From NCBI GenBank assembly GCA_964395075.1, contig CAYNDN010000001.1, positions 13,182 to 54,743 on the forward strand: a stretch of 41,562 bases of DNA, read 5' to 3'. Shown here piece by piece: positions 34,501 through 41,562 of this stretch. Position 1 is the stretch's first letter. Every line of letters starts with the position of its first letter. The position numbers and the translations under genes are program-made. The stretch is from an uncultured Lentimicrobiaceae bacterium. GTDB taxonomy: Bacteria > Bacteroidota > Bacteroidia > Bacteroidales > 4484-276. The notes under the pieces were generated by a model that was not told the DNA's origin, ran no database searches, and was given only the letters and a program-made list of their open reading frames with translations.

Positions 34501-35747
34501 TAGCTTTTTTGATTTTTAGATTTGTAAATGAGGGTTGAGCAATTTCCCGGTCTGAAAACCTGTTGTGTAGTTTCCAAAAAGTGCTCACGGGTTACAGCCT
34601 GGTATTTGGCCGCTTCATGATTAACGAGATCAGCATCGCCAAGCAACTCAGCAAAGGCCAGGTTTATGGCTTTGTCAAGCACGTTCATCCTGGAGAAAAT
34701 CAGGGTTGATTCAATCTTGTTTTTCACTTTTTGCAGTTCATCCTTTTCAGGAGGTGTTTTGGTAATTTCCTGAATTTGCTCATGAATTGCTGCTTCAGCT
34801 TTTTCGATGCTTACGCCGCTGGCAGGCTTGCCTGAAACCACAAAAATGCCTTTATCAAAACTTCCCATGATATAGGCGTCCAGTTCGGTAAACAGCCTTT
34901 CATCCTTCACCAGTTTTTGATAAAACCGGGAGGAATTGCCATTTCCCAAAATGTCCGAAATAAGGTCGGTGGCATGGTATTCTTCATCAGTTCTTGAACA
35001 CATATGCCAGGCCTTGTAGATGGCGTTGGCCGGCACATCGCGTTCCACTTCCAGGTGCCGGTCGGTTAATTGCTCCGGTTCTTGAGGAAGGTTTCTTTGG
35101 TAGCTTTCGGCATTTGTTATCGGGGCAAACCACTTCTCAGCCATGCGTTTGATCTCGTCCGTTTTCACATTTCCTGATACCACCATTACAGCATTTTCGG
35201 GGTTATAATGTTTGTTGTAAAATGCCCTCACATCGTCCATGGTTGCACCGCTAATGTGGCTGATCTCCTTCCCGATGGTTGGCCAGCGGTACGGGTGTTT
35301 TTCGTAAATCACAGGCCGGAGTAGCATCCACACATCGCCGTAAGGCTGGTTGAGGTGCGTTTGCCTGAACTCCTCTGTAACTACGTTTCGCTGCACTTCT
35401 AAGCTTTTTTCAGAAAAAGCCAGTTGATACATCCGGTCGGATTCGAGCCAAAACCCGGTTTCAAGGTTTTGGGTAGGGATGGTCAGGTAATAGTTGGTTA
35501 TATCGTTGGATGTGAAAGCGTTGTTTTCTCCGCCCACCTTCTCCAGGGGCTCATCGTATTTGGGAATATTTACCGATCCGCCAAACATGAGGTGTTCAAA
35601 AAGATGCGCAAAGCCGGTTTTGTTTGGGTCTTCATCCCGCGCCCCCACATCGTAAATAATATTTAAAGCTGTAATCGGAGTGGATGTATCGCGATGAACA
35701 ATCACCCGCAGTCCGTTTGAAAGTTGAAATTTATCAAAGTTTATCAT
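34500..35747 (-). CDS. M16-family zinc metallopeptidase, catalytic-type subunit
   Basis: 415 aa. The inverted zincin motif HxxEH is present in GFAHLFEHLMFGGS, followed by the conserved ENNAFTSNDITNY region. No obvious signal peptide. Confidence 0.88.
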   Translation of the reverse strand: MINFDKFQLSNGLRVIVHRDTSTPITALNIIYDVGARDEDPNKTGFAHLFEHLMFGGSVNIPKYDEPLEKVGGENNAFTSNDITNYYLTIPTQNLETGFWLESDRMYQLAFSEKSLEVQRNVVTEEFRQTHLNQPYGDVWMLLRPVIYEKHPYRWPTIGKEISHISGATMDDVRAFYNKHYNPENAVMVVSGNVKTDEIKRMAEKWFAPITNAESYQRNLPQEPEQLTDRHLEVERDVPANAIYKAWHMCSRTDEEYHATDLISDILGNGNSSRFYQKLVKDERLFTELDAYIMGSFDKGIFVVSGKPASGVSIEKAEAAIHEQIQEITKTPPEKDELQKVKNKIESTLIFSRMNVLDKAINLAFAELLGDADLVNHEAAKYQAVTREHFLETTQQVFRPGNCSTLIYKSKNQKS

Positions 35748-35954
35748 GCAAAATTATTTTGGCTGCAAAAGTAGTTTAAGTATGGAAGAGAGCGCATCCG
35801 GATTTCGTATGTTGCAAATCAAAATATTTAAATTTAAAGTACAGAATTTTAGTAAGATAGCAAGTTGTCTTTACAAAACCCCCAAACTTCCTAAAAACAT
35901 TTAAAAAGAATCCCTATTTTAGCAAAAAATTTGTGAATTATTATCTTTCTAGCT

Positions 35955-37235
35955 ATGCACAACACTGAAGCATCTCCGCGTGTATATTACGATCCTGTGT
36001 TTATTCAAAACGGTAATCTTGAAAAACTGGGAAACCTTGGAAGAAAAAAATATTTTCAGAAAAAGAGCATCATCAATTTTTTGTATTCCCGGGGCAAATT
36101 GTCGAATCCCGAGATTTGCAAACTGGCGAATATGAGTTCTCCGTCAATTCATAAGTTACTCAACGAATTAATGGATGAAGGGCTGGTGAGGGAAGAGGGC
36201 ATGGGGCATTCCATCGGCGGACGAAGGCCTAATATTTTCGGGTTGGTCCCGGGTGCAAAGTTTGTGATCGGTATCAGTATAGGCCAGAACTTCAGTGAAG
36301 TTGCCATTTTTAACCTGCATAACGAGATACAGGAAGATGTGAAGATTTACAATAAACCCCTCGAAAATTCTCAGCTTTTTGTTGACGGTCTTCATGCATT
36401 TTGCCTTAACGTTTTGGGAGGTTTTAAAATTAGTGAAGGAAAAGTCCTCGGAATAGGTATCGGAATTTCAGGCCTGACCGATCCAGCTACAGGAAAGAGT
36501 TATTCGTGGTTGAATTATTCCACCAAAACAGTGAAAGAACTTTTTGAGGAAAGGTTTCATAAACCGGTTTTTGTGGAGAATGATGCCCGTGTGATGGCCC
36601 TCGGCGAATTTGAATTTGGAAGTGCCCGCAACAAAAACAATGTGCTTTGCCTGAATATTGGTGCCGGAATAGGGATGGGGATGATTTTGAATGGAATGGT
36701 TTACCACGGAAACTCAGGCTTTGCCGGTGAGTTTGGTCACATCAAGGTGAAAGAAGAAGGTGAGCTATGTATTTGTGGTAAACGCGGATGTCTCGAAACA
36801 TTTGCTTCCGGTGTTGCTATTGTTAAACGGGCAGTAAAAGAGATTGGTGCCGGAATGACTTCCAAAATTTCGGAACTTGTTAATGGTGACCTCAAAGCAG
36901 TTAAAAGCAGCACAATTGTTGAGGCCGCGCAACAGGGTGATCACCTGGCCATTGATCTTCTGGCTGAAATCGGAGAGAATCTCGGCAAAGGGCTGGCAAC
37001 CCTCATCCACCTTTTTAATCCTGAGGCCATTATAATCGGTGGAAACCTTTCGCGTGCCGAGCAGTTTATTGTGGATCCCATTCAGCAAACCCTCAATAAA
37101 TATACGATCTACAACATCAAAAAAGATACGGAAATCATTACTTCTTCGCTTCACGAAAAGGCAGCAGTAATGGGGGCCATGTCGCTGGTGATGAATAATA
37201 TTTTTGAAGATGTTCGTAACCATCAGCAGGTTTAA
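35955..37235 (+). CDS. ROK-family transcriptional regulator (NagC/Mlc/XylR-like)
   Basis: 426 aa. It has an N-terminal winged-HTH region (IINFLYSRGKLSNPEICKLANMSSPSIHKLLNELMDEGLVREEG), the ROK signature GNSGFAGEFGHIKV and the zinc motif CICGKRGCLET. The kinase phosphate-1 motif (G-I-D-x-G-G-T) is degenerate here (IGISIGQN), which favours a regulator over a sugar kinase. Confidence 0.8.
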   Translation: MHNTEASPRVYYDPVFIQNGNLEKLGNLGRKKYFQKKSIINFLYSRGKLSNPEICKLANMSSPSIHKLLNELMDEGLVREEGMGHSIGGRRPNIFGLVPGAKFVIGISIGQNFSEVAIFNLHNEIQEDVKIYNKPLENSQLFVDGLHAFCLNVLGGFKISEGKVLGIGIGISGLTDPATGKSYSWLNYSTKTVKELFEERFHKPVFVENDARVMALGEFEFGSARNKNNVLCLNIGAGIGMGMILNGMVYHGNSGFAGEFGHIKVKEEGELCICGKRGCLETFASGVAIVKRAVKEIGAGMTSKISELVNGDLKAVKSSTIVEAAQQGDHLAIDLLAEIGENLGKGLATLIHLFNPEAIIIGGNLSRAEQFIVDPIQQTLNKYTIYNIKKDTEIITSSLHEKAAVMGAMSLVMNNIFEDVRNHQQV

Positions 37236-37279
37236 TCAATCAAACGAAAATTCTGATTTTCAACAATAACCAAAATGAA

Positions 37280-37915
37280 ATGGGCGGGGATGAACTGATT
37301 AAAATTGTTGCTTTTGGTGATTCCATTACAGAAGGCACTTATGGTGGTGCTGATGAACCCCGGGGATGGACCTCCCTCCTTGAAAGCATGTTTGCCCGGT
37401 GTGACCTTAAAGTGGAAATTTTAAATTCAGGAATCCCCGGCGAAACAGCCCCTTTTGGTTTAAGAAGATTTCCCTACCACGTTATTGCCGCAAAGCCGAA
37501 GATTGTGCTCATCATGTACGGAGCCAATGATTCATACGATCCCTATGGAACTGGTAATCCTGCAGTTACGATAGATTTGTTCAGCCAATCAATTTCTGAA
37601 ATGATTTCCCGGGCACAGGCTCACAATATTCTTCCGGTGCTCATGACCACAACACCACTTTTTCTTTTTGACGAATTGAGCGATCACCAAAATGCTCTAC
37701 TTAGCTCATACATGGACATGATGCGTGAAATTACCATGAAGAATAATCTAAATTTGATCGATCATTTTGTTGAGTGGATGGGCCGCACAGGGCGAGGTGA
37801 AGATGTTCAGCAATATTTACCCGATGGTGTTCATCCAAATTCCGGTGGAAATCAGATAATCGCAGAAACCATTTTTAAACCGTTATCCAAAATCATCAAA
37901 AAAGAAATAATCTAA
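37280..37915 (+). CDS. SGNH/GDSL-family hydrolase (esterase)
   Basis: 211 aa. Block I is FGDSITEG (Ser nucleophile), block III is YGANDS and block V is DGVHPN (Asp/His of the triad). No signal peptide is visible at the annotated start. Confidence 0.85.
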   Translation: MGGDELIKIVAFGDSITEGTYGGADEPRGWTSLLESMFARCDLKVEILNSGIPGETAPFGLRRFPYHVIAAKPKIVLIMYGANDSYDPYGTGNPAVTIDLFSQSISEMISRAQAHNILPVLMTTTPLFLFDELSDHQNALLSSYMDMMREITMKNNLNLIDHFVEWMGRTGRGEDVQQYLPDGVHPNSGGNQIIAETIFKPLSKIIKKEII

Positions 37916-37921
37916 ATAGCT

Positions 37922-39283
37922 ATGGAAAAAGACTTTACGCGAAGAAATTTCATCAAAACTACAGCTGCTGTTGGTTTTGGCATGATGGCAGCTCCATCGG
38001 TTGTACTCTCCAACCCGCTTAAACCCGAAAAAACCCGCATAGCACTTATTGGCGTCGGGCTGCGTGGTCAGAATCATCTGAACAACCTCCTGCAACGAGA
38101 TGATGTGGAGATACCTGCTATTTGTGATACTTCTCAGCATATGCTGGATAAATCACTAAAAATGATTGAGCAGCGCGGATGGAAAAAACCTGAAGTTTAT
38201 ACCGGCGATGATTACGCTTACCGCGATTTGCTGGCTCGTGATGATATCCAGGGTGTGATCATCTCTACTCCCTGGCTGTGGCACCCAATCATGGCTGTGG
38301 ATACCATGAAAGCCGGAAAGTATGCCGGGCTGGAAGTTTCGGCAGCAAACACGGTTGAAGATTGCTGGGACCTTGTCAACACATACGAGGAGACCGGTGC
38401 GCCCTGCATGATCCTTGAAAATGTGTGCTACCGCCGCGATATTATGGCCATTCACAATATGGTGAAGCAAGGGATTTTTGGTGAGTTGGTGCATTGTCAT
38501 TGCGGCTATCAGCACGATCTGCGGGCAGTTTTGTTTAACAATGGCGAGCAGCCTTATGGCGGCGGTTTAAAGTTTGGGCCTGAGGCTTATTCCGAAGCAC
38601 AGTGGCGCACCGAACATTACCTGAAACGCGATGGCGATGTTTATCCCACACATGGCATTGGCCCTATTGCCAATTACCTGGACATCAATCGTGGAAACCG
38701 GTTTGTTTCCCTCACCTCAACCTCAACAAAGGCCAGAGGCCTGCACAATTATATTGTTGAAAATGGAGGTGCAGATCATGAGCATGCCAACCTGAAATGG
38801 AAAATGGGCGACATTGTAACAACAACAATATCCACGGCCCTGGGCGAATCGATTATTCTTATTCACGACACAACTTTGCCACGCCCTTATTCTCTTGGTT
38901 TCAGGGTGCAGGGAACCAAAGGTTTGTGGATGAAGGACGGCAACCAGATTTATATCGAAGGAACCAGCAGCCCCCACCGCTGGGAAGTTTCAAAACCGTA
39001 CCTGGAAAAATATGACCATCCGTTGTGGAAAAAATACGAAGAACAGGCCGTTGGCTCCGGGCATGGCGGCATGGATTTCTTTGTGTTGAATGCTTTTGTG
39101 GAGGCGGTAAAGAGAAACATCGATCCTCCTTTGGATGTATATGATGCCGCAGCCTGGAGTGTGATTACCCCGCTTTCGGAGCGATCGATTGCCAATGGTG
39201 GCACACCGCAGGATTTCCCTGATTTTACAGGTGGGCGATGGGTAAAAAGAAAGCCGGTTTTTGGAATTGGTGATGAATATTAA
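37922..39283 (+). CDS. Tat-exported Gfo/Idh/MocA-family NAD-dependent enzyme, GH109 (alpha-N-acetylgalactosaminidase)-like
   Basis: 453 aa. It has a twin-arginine signal (TRRNFIKTTAAVGFGMMA) and the Rossmann motif IALIGVGLRGQNH. Its length, the Tat signal and its context next to a GH2 gene fit GH109-type NAD-dependent glycosidases. A plain oxidoreductase cannot be excluded. It starts 6 nt after the SGNH gene stop. Confidence 0.65.
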   Translation: MEKDFTRRNFIKTTAAVGFGMMAAPSVVLSNPLKPEKTRIALIGVGLRGQNHLNNLLQRDDVEIPAICDTSQHMLDKSLKMIEQRGWKKPEVYTGDDYAYRDLLARDDIQGVIISTPWLWHPIMAVDTMKAGKYAGLEVSAANTVEDCWDLVNTYEETGAPCMILENVCYRRDIMAIHNMVKQGIFGELVHCHCGYQHDLRAVLFNNGEQPYGGGLKFGPEAYSEAQWRTEHYLKRDGDVYPTHGIGPIANYLDINRGNRFVSLTSTSTKARGLHNYIVENGGADHEHANLKWKMGDIVTTTISTALGESIILIHDTTLPRPYSLGFRVQGTKGLWMKDGNQIYIEGTSSPHRWEVSKPYLEKYDHPLWKKYEEQAVGSGHGGMDFFVLNAFVEAVKRNIDPPLDVYDAAAWSVITPLSERSIANGGTPQDFPDFTGGRWVKRKPVFGIGDEY

Positions 39284-39306
39284 GATATTTGATCTCATTA
39301 TTTTAA

Positions 39307-41562
<2,256 letters not shown>

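Noticed and set aside
36765-37223. A 152-aa minus-strand ORF, the longest unassigned ORF, together with minus-strand ORFs at 38156-39298 and 39602-40959
   Set aside because: All lie antisense within genes that carry clear family motifs (ROK, GH109-like, GH2). Their translations have no recognisable features.

Overview
The window looks like a Bacteroidota chromosome segment. Supporting signs are T9SS type-A and type-B C-terminal sorting domains, A|Q signal-peptide cleavage sites and TAnnTTTG-like promoter boxes. I see no rRNA, tRNA, CRISPR array, transposase, integrase or recognisable defence gene.

Housekeeping genes:
- mutA-mutB, the B12-dependent methylmalonyl-CoA mutase (3104-7183, minus strand).
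- dnaK (7937-9862).
- An M16 peptidase pair (33223-35747).

About half of the window (10055-30787) is a co-oriented island of five very large, acidic secreted proteins of 920, 1120, 1125, 2176 and 1458 aa. Each ends in a T9SS type-A sorting domain. They are built from a shared, shuffled set of modules:
- CBM-like beta-sandwiches.
- FN3-like modules.
- 'NEDWLISP' choice-of-anchor-J / cleaved-adhesin-like domains.
- Kre9-like Ig domains.
- Eight lamin-tail domains (LTDs).
- A Reeler-like domain carrying a CxxCH motif.
- An LTD + Fn3_assoc + YhcR-type OB-fold cassette that resembles ExeM/NucH extracellular nucleases but has no nuclease domain.
- Two unnamed C-terminal domains.

A sixth secreted repeat protein (521-3091) shares one of the unnamed domains but has no T9SS sorting signal.

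The 3' end of the window holds a putative glycan operon with no SusC/SusD: a ROK regulator, an SGNH esterase, a Tat-exported GH109-like enzyme and a GH2 beta-galactosidase. The beta-galactosidase runs off the window and is missing from the ORF track.

My best candidate for an undescribed system is the LTD/OB-rich T9SS cargo island. I interpret it as a possible extracellular DNA or matrix binding surface apparatus. All domain names come from motif recognition by eye and need HMM or structure confirmation.
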